The position numbers were made by a program, and so were the translations under genes. Shown here in pieces: positions 36,493 to 49,437 of a DNA stretch of 64,000 nt. Positions within the stretch are counted from its first letter, which is position 1, and each line of letters opens with the position of its first letter. Source of the stretch: Oopsacas minuta (lineage: Eukaryota > Animalia > Porifera); assembly GCA_024704765.1 (NCBI GenBank), contig JAKMXF010000315.1, forward strand, positions 1-64,000, in the 5' to 3' direction. Under the pieces are notes generated by a model that was given only the letters and a program-made list of their open reading frames with translations, did not search any database and was not told where the DNA came from.

Positions 36493-38727
36493 CATAGCCT
36501 ACTATACATAAGGCCTCACACTAACAATTGAATATAGACCAGAGATGGAGTCCCCGATCTACTGTGAAATGGTTATTTCTTCTTTTTTTGCCAAATATGG
36601 TCAAACTTAGTCTACCAAACATAAGACTACATATTATTAAGAGAAATTGGGACTATGGATGTAACTGCGGTTGAAAGAGGGATGGATTTTCCATCACTAT
36701 ATTTGTCCAAATATATTTCGTCAGAAATGTGACAATTAGTAATTTAATTAAATAGAAACTATAAGAAAATTGCAATTGAGTCAAATTACTAGTACAAATA
36801 GATGAAAAAGAAAATTATAATATATAGGATCCGTTAGCTGTTCTGCCAATGAAAGTACTAAGAATTACATTTTTTCAACTTTCGCTTCTCTGATCCTTTC
36901 GAAACTACCTTAGAATTGTAATTCTTCACATTATTAGCTATTAAACAAGTCTCTTCAGTGAATACAAGTTTGCGAAGAATAGATGACCTATTTAACTTGA
37001 AGAGGGGCATTGTTCTCTCCAACATCCATTATCAACAGAACACACAAGATCCAATAGAATCTGCCTAGATGATCCTTCAACAAATATCCTCATCAATTCT
37101 GCATTTCCTTCGATAACAGTGAAATTCTTACAATCAGTAATTATGCAATCCAAGACAAGTTCAGAAGGATATTTCAGACCTCCACGATTAGTAAACTCAA
37201 GTAATCTATACTGAAATCCAGTTGATTCATGAATTAGGAAATCCTTATCTTATTAATAAATCTTGACAAAGTAACATGGTGGACTTCGTTTCAGGTATTG
37301 GCGTGCAGCATATCCGGCAATGAAAGCTAATAATTGAATAGTTTGGGTATCACACTCAATGCTGGATAGATCAGAAATTGCACTAGGGAAAGGGTCAAGA
37401 TCGATATCAGTATCCGAAAATAGCTTCTCTTCAGGTGAAAAGGACTGTATAAATTTTTGAATGAATTATTACATAATTTGGAACGATAGGAAAATAGATT
37501 CAGAATATTTGAAACCTTCAGACGAAGTTCAGCTTCTAATATTTGAAGATAAGAAATATGGATAGCATCAGAAATATCAGATTCACTGAGATGTGTTGAT
37601 TTAGATGCTTTACCAAGTATAGTTTCTATTTGACGAAAAGCGCTTATTGAGGTTGCGAATCAAACAAGGTTCTCTATTACAATAAGCTCTAACAGATAGA
37701 TCGGAATGTACTATTAAGTACATATTTACAAGGACATCAGTATTTACAAGACTTGGGCGGATAAAAACAATACTATTTGGCTCAGAATGCCATAATGACC
37801 ATGTTTTAGACAAGGAAAGCAAAGGTAATTAGTCTGAAATATTTGAAAACTACGAATTTTGAAGTTATCTATTTCTTCAGCTTCTGATTTCAAGCTAAGT
37901 GTCAACGTTTGGTTGAATAGTTCATCATCTCTTAATTCTAGGGGACGCTTGCGCTTAGTATTCGATTGGTAGTATGATAGACAACCTGGTAGAAACACTG
38001 GTACAGCGCCATCTTTCAGCTTGGTGATGACTCAAGGGATTTGACGAAAGGTTCCATCTCTATTTGGAACTTTGTGACTGTATTCTACATCCACTCCGCG
38101 AAAAGGTTAACACAAACATAACAGACTTCAATTCATCTAAATCATCCCTCCGAAGAGCTCTAATCCAAGAATGTCTGAGTTAAGGTGGTTTATTAGGTAA
38201 TTTGAATACAGGTACAGTTTCGTAAGTAGATTTGTAGTAGCTTTTGCAACCAGGAGCGGAGCAGCAATTAGGCATTATTAATAGCAGCTATCAACACTCA
38301 ACAGTGGTAAAATGCTAAACTAAGCAGAAAAAAGTTAATAAATTAATTAAATACGGATATCAGTAATACAAGCACCCACACGAGAAAAGATCAAGAGTGA
38401 CAGAATTCGAACAACTGAGTATCAGAATAACTATAGGACGACTGAATAATTTTTTCTAATTTGTTTACATATTAAATGTATTTTCAATTGTTTTGGTTAG
38501 ATAATAAACTAAATATTAAACCTTATGGTTCATTAATAAACCCAGCATGTAATTGCATCCGTGGTCCCAATTTCTCTTAATAATATGTAGTCTTATGTTT
38601 GGTGGACTAGTTTGGACCATATTTGGCAGTAAAAAGAAGAAATACCCATTTTCACAGTAGATCGGGGACCCCATCCCTTGTCTTTACTTAAATTGTTACT
38701 GTGAGGCTTTATGTATAGTAGGCTATG
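36493..38727 (-). mobile_element. Internally deleted Galileo/P-superfamily element (THAP + transposase C-terminus), about 175-bp TIRs, 7-bp TSD
   Basis: Ends CATAGCCTACTATACAT and ATGTATAGTAGGCTATG; flanks GTAGGGC and GTAGGAC; THAP domain from ATG at 38275 (MPNCCSAPGC..F.LP..W..R..GAVP); C-terminal FIAGYAARQYL..C and NRGGLKYPS; catalytic core not seen. Confidence 0.85.
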
Positions 38728-39030
38728 GTAGGACATTAGACGATTCTCAATTAATGGAATTAGGTCATATCCCAATTATTGGCTGAACTTATGATCGGTG
38801 TTGCCGGCTCCTATCCTAAATTCTGAAGGATTTACGATCCCAAATGATCCTATTTACGATCCTCTAATTGATGATCCATTTTTCGAAATACAGTTTAATA
38901 TTTTGAAAACCATAGTTGGACAGTCGCCTACAAGTTATCTATTCATATATACATTTACGGTACATCATTTCACTAAGTGCTACCATGAATATTAAGTGAT
39001 TCTCTGTCGGTCTTTTGAGCAACTCTTATA

Positions 39031-40323
39031 CAGGGTGGCTCCAAAGTTCTGATACAAAATCACAATTAATATACAACCATTATCAGGAAGTATTCTCAAT
39101 GGTTTGCTCCTCCATGACATACCTTATACGCTTCCTAACAAATATTATTTCAATTTAGTGTATACTATTTCGAAAAATATTGTGATTGACCATAGAATCT
39201 GAGAGGTCAGCAATTATTGAGTTGCATGTGGTGGGAAAGTCCCTCAGAAATTTTGAAACTGCTGAATATTGCAAAAGGACGTAGGGCATTTATCTACAGG
39301 ACGATAAATCGATATAAGGAAACTGGGGACACTGTAGACAAGCCGAGGTCTGGTCGTCAATGCTCTGTAACGACCCAGCTCTCAAGAAAGTGGTGCGAGA
39401 ACGGATTCGGCGGAACCCACACCGTTCGATGAGGAAATGGCCTTGGAGCTCAATATATCTCGCCGAGCTATACAAAAGGTTGTTAAAAGGGACCTAGGAA
39501 TGCGCTCTTTTAAACGCAAAAGGTACAATTCCTATCTGGGTCGGTGAAGAAAAGAGAGTGTCCCGGAGCAAGAGCCTACTTGCTCTACACGCTATTGAGG
39601 TTCTCGAAAATACCCTTTTCTTAGATGAGAAAATTTTCACCATTGAAGAGGCTACAAATAGCCAAAACGACAGAGTCATCTCGACCTCAGTTTCAGTGAT
39701 CCCTGATAAGTTCAGATATATGTCGGATGAAGAAACCGCTGTCGGTGATGGTTTGGGCTGGGGTCTCTGCTGTTGGACGGACACCACTGATTTTCATCCC
39801 CCAGGAGTGAAAATCAATGTCAAAACATACCAAGAGCTTGTATTAGAGCCTGTGGTAAAAGGTCTGAGCCAGACCATGTTTTCATTTTGTCCTCCAACAA
39901 GATGGTGCTCCCGCCCATACGGCCAATACGACCCAAGATTAGCTGAAGCACAATATTCCCAACTTTATACACAAGGATGAATGGCCACCATACAATCCCG
40001 ATTTAAATCCCATGGACTATTCTGTATGGTCTATCTTGGAAAACAAGGCTTGTTCTGTGTCACATAACACAGTTAGCTCTCTAAAGATTTCCTTGTGTCG
40101 AGAATGGGAGAAGATACCCCAAGAAACTCTGCGTTCCTCAGTAGAAGGATTCCCGAACAGACTCAGGGCTGTCATTTCCAAGAAGGGTGGTTATATTGAA
40201 AAATGACTAGGCAGTCTCTTCCTAATAGTATGTATTAATTATATATAGATTATCAATGTTGTAGGTCATGCTGAAAAATATTATAGGCAAAATGGTTAAT
40301 ATCAAAACTTTGGAGCCACCCTG
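39031..40323 (+). mobile_element. maT-type (DD37D) Tc1/mariner element, 1293 bp, dead transposase, copy B
   Basis: TA flanks at 39029-39030 and 40324-40325; same motifs and same lesions as copy A; ORF-track translations are identical between the copies. Confidence 0.95.
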
Positions 40324-40609
40324 TACTTACCATCTAGGCATATGGAATTATTTTTTAGAGTAAATTAATGTTGAAGAATAGATTTGTAACACCCAAATAT
40401 AGTAAGAGTAGTCATGATAGAGTTTAGCGTGATTTAAGGATAATTTGTAAAAATTATGTTTATAGTTTGAAAATCTGTTATATCCATACCATGAGATGGA
40501 CAAATATTCTCAAAACATGATTCAATAGTAGGTTACTTACTCAACAGTATCTTTTGTAAGTGAAACCTTTCGTAATGTACAATTGGATAATGCCTGACCC
40601 ACTTAAAAT

Positions 40610-41405
40610 ACGGCTACATTTTTCTCCGAGATGGCTTAAAAACGAAAATGTGGTATTACCACATATCTGGAGAAATATGTCTGCTAGAGCTTAAATGTGT
40701 ATAAGTGACATAGGAAGATGATATCAATTTATGCACTTCAGTTTCTTAAAATATGATATAACATCATGCGGTTTCGCGGAAGCTATTTTTAAAGAGAAAA
40801 TGCTGCTTTTTCAAGTTGTTTTTAAACCATGTTTTCAGTGTTTTAATGCTTGACAGTTGAATATAATGACAAAGGCAGATAGTTAATTTGATTAAAATGG
40901 TTGGTATGAATGGAATGTGAACACATTCCTGTGTTGCTAAGGAAATGTTTATCCCATTGTTGAGACTATGACTCAAAAACTATGAGTCTTGTAACTCTAA
41001 AATTTATACCAGTAGTTCCATAATAGTCAACTTCTTATTCGCTAAAAATATAATTCATTTGCTTTTTGTTATTTCTATTTAGATATTTTGACATTTACTG
41101 TATAGATGGCAATCATATACAAATATGAGAAACTTCAAAATATTTCAAAAGGTAGTGACATAATAGCAAATGAACTATATTATTCGTAATATGAAGTTGG
41201 CTATTATGGAACTACTGTAAAAGTTTAGAGTCATAAGACTAATAGTTTTTGAGTTCTAGCCTCAACAAATAGAAACACATACTTTGCTACCATAATCCTA
41301 TAGCTCACTAATACATACTTAAGCTCTATCTTACAAATTTCATGAGATATGTGGTGGTAATACATTTTCAGTCGGCTTTCCATATTAAGCCATATATTCA
41401 GTAGG
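40610..41405. repeat. Long imperfect fold-back element
   Basis: Arms such as ACTCAAAAACTATGAGTCTT versus AAGACTAATAGTTTTTGAGT, and GTAGTTCCATAATAG versus CTATTATGGAACTAC, centred near 41110. Confidence 0.65.
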
Positions 41406-44181
41406 CCATGGATGATGGATGATAAATTGAGGTATTAAAAAGTACATTGCGCGTGACTTCCGCGTACTTTGCGCATTACCTACGCGCACACTCAATTATA
41501 AATTATTTGTGATTTTGTGGCACATATATGGCAAAAGTTCAATAATATACAGTCCATGACGTTAAAATTTCTTATATTACAGTCCCTAACTTACTATTTT
41601 GGATTTACAGTTTGTGACCAGCAGTACCATTAAATAATGATTATAATTGTTTGTTACAATCTGTAACATCCCAAAGATACCCCGATCGAATTAATTTTGG
41701 CATAACATAGTATCTAGGATTTGTATAATTATAGAATGTTGTTAATGTGTTAGAAAGACAAACACCCACCCACACACACACAACTATGCCCAGAATCACT
41801 CAAGGTAATGTCAAAGAATCTCTTCTTTCAATGGTAGAAAATTCACTCAAGTAACTAGTGGACAAGTTGGCGTAGTATTTACATGGGAGGGCAAAGTTAG
41901 AGTACTAGGGGAGGAGCCTTTTAAATAATTCGTCAACGAGCATCACAGGGATGTCCAAAGGCTTCTATTGACATCGTTTTCCTGAACTGGAAATATCTAC
42001 ACTCTAACCCCTACACTCCTTTGGAAGAATATAATAAAGAAATCGTTGGCTACTCAATTCAAATATGACCCCCTGGAGTTTTTCAATTGAAAGGCTACGA
42101 AAGTTGCTCAATTATACGATCAGAAAATCTATGGGTGAGGACTTTTAATTGATTAGCGTATATACTATTTGAATAGGTCCAGAGTATCCTATGTACGACA
42201 TATGCACGTATGCTCCATTCCTGCGAAACACCTAATGATTTAGTTCTTATTCTAGGCGGCACTATGCATAAAAAGTATAAATAAAGTCCTCTATAATACC
42301 ATCGTTAATCAAATTATAGCACGGTAGTTATCAAAAGTTAAACGATAGAAATATGTATTCGATTAGTTACCCATTCTATTTAATCTCTTAATTGAGCTGT
42401 ACTCATGGCAGGTAATCACAGTTGTCAAGTCTCACGGATTTCCGTCGAGTCTCACTTTAAAAGTTAATGTTGTAACGTGGAGTAACTAGAAAAGAAAAGA
42501 ACAGTGTTAAGATCATTATGATAGCTAAAATGATATTACTAGTTGATATTTTTAATTTCTTTGAAAAATCTAACTAAAATAACGATTATCTTAACGATTA
42601 GTAATCATCAACTCTTATTTAGGTGGAAGCAACTATCGGCCAAAGAAAATCCGTCCCATATGGTCGGATAAAAGCATCGATTTCCATAACATTAAATCGG
42701 GGTACTCTAAGGAATCTTCAATTAGTCTTTTAATACGCTATAGAAGTTTCGAGAGTTCATCTAGTGTAATATCAGTTTGTCCTTCTCCCATTCATGAAAG
42801 ATCTCCTTATTCTTCCACCAAAAGTTTATTAACTACATCACAGATTACTCAGACTGACTTTACTGGATCAAGCACGCCTAGAACAAGTTCTCTATTTTAG
42901 CTTCACCATTAAGCTTCTTAGATGAATGTACATCTCCATTACTACGAAAAGACAGAAATTATGTACTCATCAATATTATCAGATTCAGCGACATTTCAGG
43001 ATATTGTTGAGAGTAGAGAATTAATCCAGACAAAGGATCACACGTGTTTTGTAGATACCCTCTTATAATTCGATGTCTTTACCATTATGGCCAAATCAGA
43101 ATAGCCAATATTTAGTATATACCTTACTTTCCATACCTGTAAAATATTTTGATATATCTCTTACCAATGTGTTAATCTCCATGCAAATTCGAAATTTGGA
43201 AACTTTAGTTTATTGCTCAATAAGCATTATGCAACTATCCTGCAAATATTAGTTTGGTACTATATATTTCCAAGTTGAGATCATTCTTAACCTAATGTTC
43301 CTGGACTACAGGTAATGTTGCCGCATCTGCTGAATGTGCCACTCGTGCTACGATGGTTCGCTTTTTCCGAATTTAGCGCAAAAATAGATATTTCAATGAA
43401 CATTATTGCAAAATCCCCCATTTATAGAGGAATAGCCTATTATACAAGAGGCCTACAGTAACTTGCGGATTTGAACTAGAGAGCGAGAGGTTAACCGGTA
43501 GAACAAATTCAATTAGTTCGTTTTTGAGTTACAGTTGATACGATGATGGCACATATAAGAATTTCCCATTATAACTTGATTATTTATATTATACTTGATA
43601 AACCTAGTTGAACATATTAATTTACATAGCTCGGATTAAATCCAGAAATAAGTTTCCCACACATCCATTATCACGGCCCAATAGGGCCAACCAATCCAGA
43701 TCCTCTGTATATATAGTTAAATCTCCAGATTTGCAAAAGCACAAAGAAATTTAACTTCTGAATATTTATGCTAACCAGTCACTAAGCTGTTACGCAGCGA
43801 ACTAGAAAGCAAAGCACGCTAGTGACAATATTTGTTATCAAATGGATTCAAAACACAAATGTCAATGGAGATGGTATAATTTTGATGCCATTTTTAAGTT
43901 CTACGTTTCTGACCTACCCTAGGATAAGTATTTCGAATCGTTAACAACCTGGTTGGCCATTAACAATAATTTTTATGCCACACATGGCATATGTGAGACA
44001 TTAATAGAGTATTGGGACAATGCGAAAAATTAACAATTATAGCAATATATTCATATTCATTATTGTTTAAAATTAGAAAAGTATTCTTCTATGACAGGCT
44101 TCAATTTTTCTAATTGTGCTTCAGGAAATGTAAAATCAATAATGAAAATGTTATTAACAGTTTTGGTCCGAAAAGTTCAAA

Positions 44182-44760
44182 TTTATATTACTAAATCTCA
44201 ATTGATGTCTGTTTGTTTGTTTGTCCGTTGTCAAGGAAAGGGTTTACGGTATGCAATCTTGAAATTGTCGCATAATTATGTATTTATCGTGTTTATCAAG
44301 GAAGTAAATAGAATTCAATAAAACCTTCACTAAATATATCAAACATGCTGAATCCGATTTTCACACTTTTGGATTAATCATATGTAATTTTATTGTTGTT
44401 TTTATGAATATAAAGACAACAAATAGTTGAAATCTCGAAATATACTTAGAGACTTGCTCTCAACAGATATATGGGGGTAATCAAGTACACTGAATCCGAA
44501 TATGATATTTTCAACAACGTATAATGAATAGTTCTTGTTTGTAAGTGTGTAAAGTAAACTCTTTTCTAATTATTCCTACTAATTTGCTTTTAACCCTTAT
44601 ACTGGGGTAATCGGGTACGCTGATAACAAATATGAATTTATCACCATCATATTGTGAATAAGTTGCTACTTCTATACTTTGTTCAATTGTAGGCACGAAG
44701 TGCCAAGCCCCACCCCATGGAACATAAAGTGTTCGCAAGCTGCGAAGCGCATTAGCTCTA
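44182..44760 (+). mobile_element. Near full-length copy of the non-autonomous Helitron-like repeat
   Basis: 5' TTTATATTACTAAATCTC..(GTTT)n..GTCCGTTGTCAAGGAAAGG matches 310-604 (minus); 3' GTTCGCAAGCTGCGAAGCGC matches 33823-33870 (minus). Confidence 0.6.
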
Positions 44761-47700
44761 TATAAATCAGAAAGAGTATTATTTAATGTTGTATTAAGGT
44801 GAGATTTCTTATGAAGGGTATTAAGCAGAAGATGGAGAAAGAGATTCAGATTCTTTCAATTGTGAGTTATTAAATATTAAATCATTATTTCAAATTTTAA
44901 TTATTTCACATTGGTTGGTCGCGGTCGGACACTTATATTCATGTGCATGAGAAGGAAAGGATTTCTCTCAAATATTATTGATAATATGTTACTTACTTAG
45001 TTAATTATTATACTGTTACAACTGAGCTACTAATCACAATCAAAACAAAATCCATAACCTTACTGTTAACGAATTATTTACCTAGATAAGGAATCATCAT
45101 GTAAGGAGAATCAACAGCAATTAGAGATGACTGAATTAATATCTGCTCCTGAACAATATTTACCCATTCTTCTTCAAAATTCGTCTATTTTGCAGTTAAC
45201 CGGCACTGAAACAGTCTTGATGAATGATTATACTATTAAAGAACAATCTGGAACGAGTTAGTAAATACAAAGTCTATACAAATGTCCTTTTGAGATACGT
45301 ATATTTACGTGATTTAGGTATCATTCAACTTGTAAATGGGCGTATAATCTTCTCCAAGGATAGTCATTATATGCAATGGATCTATAGCGATTGTTTCCAT
45401 ACTAAAGCATATAGGATTGCTATAGAAGACCGATGCCTACCTCATTCTTCTCCTCTTACAATCAGATCTCGTCAAGTCCATAAGTTTTCAAAGAATTTAA
45501 CTCGATAACCTATGAATCTGATATTCCTAACTATAAATTATCCGATCTCAGATTGTACTGCATAGACTGTAAAGTTACTTGCTCAGAAAGGGAAACGATT
45601 CACGAACTTCAAGGAACACCAACAACCAAGACATATTCTACGGATTACCACCAGCCAGTGAACACGTGCAGCATCATGATATATTTGTAGACTCTTAGTT
45701 AGAAAGGTTTTGAATACGTCATAATGCCCTTCGATAATGTTTTGTAATCCTTGAAGATGGGGGAATTGATTGAGTAGAAGTACCTAAATAATATATATAA
45801 TAAGTCCGATTAAGTATAACTTCAGGAAACATGTTTGAGTAATTGAAACTACAGGCAAACATACCATGAATGCGTGTATTGTCTTATCCGTGAGTACTGT
45901 GCCGTGATCAGATAGCTCACTTAAGGGAGTTCCAAGATGTAAACTTTTAAAAATTGAGGATTTAACCTTCAACCTTTGGGGCAAGAAAAGGTACAATGGC
46001 GTCAGTATCTTTATTAATATGTCTATCAACTATCCTTGTACACTATCCGTATTTCAATACTTTCACTTCCATATAGAGAGCTGCTGTCACAAAGATAAAT
46101 TTCAACTTGTTGAGCGATACTTAGAAACTTGCAAACTTTATCATGACAAATTCGGGAATATTGAAAGTTGTCGATTTATTGGTGATTATTTGCAAAAAGT
46201 TGAAATCAATCTTTTCACTATTATGTGTAATTCTTGAAAGCTTTTAGAAATTTACTGAACATTCTTAGATTCCAAGGCATAAATGTTAATCTTAACTCAA
46301 TTAATAGGATTTCTCAATGTGAATAGTGTAGTAGTTGACCAGTTTCTTGACAAAAACTTTATCACCACAATTGTCTTAGTGTTGATTTCAATTTGCTAGC
46401 ATTTGTCATTCATGTATGATATAGAAATTGAATATGGCTTTTACACACACCGGTAGATGTTAATCGTCATTTCGTTAATTATACTCTTCTCCAAAATAAT
46501 TTACGTATTATATATACAAAATTTCTTTGAACAACACTAATGGCTATCCAATCTGATCAATTATATTGTATCCATATTCGAATTTTCCTGGTATTTGAAA
46601 AGGTAGTCGAATAATCACAAATGTATTCTAACCATAATTTTGATCTAAAATTCGTAATCATTGTGAAATTTCCCTCGTTTCCTGTCACTTAACCATATTT
46701 TGAGATATTTCTTCCCCAGCAACGCAAGCGTCAGGAATGTAGCAATATTCGAATATCAAATTATGTCATATCCCTATCGAGTGACCCGTTTGAGGATGCT
46801 AAGGTAGCTGAATCTAGTTATACCTACAAAAGTTATATAATAGTATTAAATCTATAATAAGTAATACGTGATTTATTTGAACATAGTATATGCCTAGATT
46901 AACCTCGAAATATGAGATTTTGACTTTGTTAGACATGTATAAGTCACTTTTTATCAAGTATTGCATAAATTGGTCAACTATACAGATGCAAAATATTTAT
47001 TGCAGAAATCAGGCTAATATAAATTATCTCACCAAAACTATAGATTGAGCGTATGACACATATTATACGTAATACGGCTTCATTAAAGACGTATTAAACA
47101 ACTTAGAGTTATACACATACTGGTACTCTAAAATCGATTCCCTGGATCGACCTCCTTGGCTCCTCAATTTTACTTCTTTGCATAGGAATAAACGATATTC
47201 AAAACAATAGGAAGTCGGTTGATTACCCTAAATAGTTGAAACAATCAACCCAGTTCCCAAATGCAATGTGACGTAGTCATGAATATGTCAATACTTAGTC
47301 ATATTTCTGAAATAACCTCAGAGATAAACCAAAAGGTATTATAAATGTATAGGAACTTGGGTGTGTACTATATATTGGCTGTCTTATTTTGGGCATCATT
47401 TCAACAATTATCGAATTAAAAGCGGATATTGACAAAACATGTTACATCCATGGCCTCACCTGTAATTTATAAACGCTCCAACTTTATCATGAAAATTTCG
47501 GGTACATTTTGTACTGAAACAGTTTTAAATCATTTGGCATTTCAACATTTAAGTCCTAGATCAATAATCAATAATTAACATTCTACACTGTGAAGTAACC
47601 ATCTCATTGTTTACGGTGGTGGAAGCAATGGTGAATTATATTGTTTAATTAAGTATATTCCATTCAGACAACTTTAGAAAGCGATTACTTACATAATAGA

Positions 47701-47789
47701 TATTTTTTAATGATTATGTTCTTGAGAATAGATACATATAATTGGTATTGTTAAGGAGATTTACAATCAAAATAATGTGAAACTTATTC

Positions 47790-48630
47790 ATGACACTTCT
47801 TTAGCTCTCCTGCGTTATTTTTCACCCGTGCTCCGATTCTACGTAAATCTTTCGCTCTATCACCCCAAGCCCCAATTAACTCAATACAAATAGGAGCAAA
47901 GATATACGCAGAGATAAGTGAAGCATACATTCGGGTTTTGAGTGTTCAGCTTACATGCATATTTTCCCGGCTCTACTGCTAGCAGTAGCCTGTTAGAAGG
48001 AGCGAGTATGTCATAGCAAGTAAATCCCATAATAAACAATTTTCTTTTGTGTTGGTGTAAAAATGGCTACAGATCTCTACCTACCTGCAATTTTGGCATA
48101 CTTCCATGGGACCTATAACCTGGCTTCTTCTCTTTTACCTTTAGGGAGCCAGAATGGATCATTTGACAGAGGAAGCCATGATACTTCGGGGAGAGCAAGT
48201 AGAATACCACTACTTTCTCAAGAGGACAGAAAAGATCAACGCAAATGGCATGAAATCCTTAGTTTGAAAGACAACAAGAACTAGTGAGAGACGCTATGGA
48301 TGTCATGACTCGTGCTGGCCTGACAGCCACTGCGAGAAAGAATCTACTTAGAGTATGGTTAAATGCTCTCTCTATTCCCCACAAAGGTACGAAACTAAAT
48401 TGACGAATACTTCCCAATCGCAGATGGAATTCGCTTGGGGGTACATCGTCATGGAGAAAACCTGCGTATGCGACTTAAAGGTTAATAGGTAGGGAAGTCA
48501 TGGTCTTAGCTGTAAGAAAAGTGGATATCTCAACATCAGGCTGCTAATGAAACTGTCACACGAACCCTCGCATCAGGAGGTGCACCATCTATTTTGGAGC
48601 AGGTTGGGATTTGTTGAGAAGATGAATAAT
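47790..48630. mobile_element. Non-LTR retrotransposon relic with restriction-enzyme-like endonuclease (CRE/NeSL-like), internally inverted
   Basis: Plus strand 48056-48630: ATDLYLPA, CVCD..GSHGLSCKK, HQAANETVTRTLASGGAPSILE..GIC; minus strand 48055-47790: LLWD.TC.DILAPS and FAPICIELIGAWG. Confidence 0.75.
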
Positions 48631-49437
48631 AGATTGTCTCAAATCTAAATAGTACTGTCTGAAATAATTCAGAGATTAAATATACATAATATCTGGTACC
48701 ATTTGTCATTTTAAGCCCAGTTTTGCCTGAACAAATTTAGATGATGCGTACCACCCGACCCGAGGTGGTGCTAACTTAAATACACCTCTGCTTTTACATG
48801 GTCTCAAAGAAGAAGCATTATTTTATACATGTTTGAAATTTCGCTAACAGATAACAGTATTTTGATCTAAAAATTTCACAAATGTGTTTTTGTGAATTTT
48901 AATTTGGCAATTATAGAATTATCCAACTAAATTAAAATTTCAATGTATTAGATATTCTCGAAGATTTTCTCAATATACCAATATATACTGTTGTGTATAA
49001 TTTCAATTACCATCACCTGAGCCTTTTCAGGATATTTATGCAAATAGAATTTATGTGTAAGTAGTGTACTACATACGGCGCCAGCGGTATATATTACAGG
49101 TCGGACTATAATATCGTAGTTATGAAACCAGAAGATAAAATATATTTAGCCACATGAAAAACAAAAGATTATTATACTAATAGATAGAAATTTGACTACA
49201 AAAATTTGCTAATGATTTATACAAATAGAGGTTAAATATGATCAAATTTGTAAACAATAACCCTTTAAATTGATCAAATATTGCTTATTGCATCACAACT
49301 GTGCGAAGTTCTTCTGTTTCCTCATCAGTCTGCAATCAGGGCTTATAGTAGGGTCTGTGTTAGTATTCTCCAAATGTAAAGTGGAAACTCTTTGGGTTAT
49401 AAGAAATATATATTTCTCTATAATTCTGGCTTATATA

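Noticed and set aside
45540-46050. LHVFTG and DTDAIV on the minus strand, suggesting an XPG-like Academ transposase
   Set aside because: The GCD residues are missing and motif spacing looks too long; needs a profile search.
49285-49345. CTGATGAG-GAAAC on the minus strand downstream of SMG1, hammerhead-like
   Set aside because: No stem II between the core motifs and no convincing stem III or NUH cleavage site.
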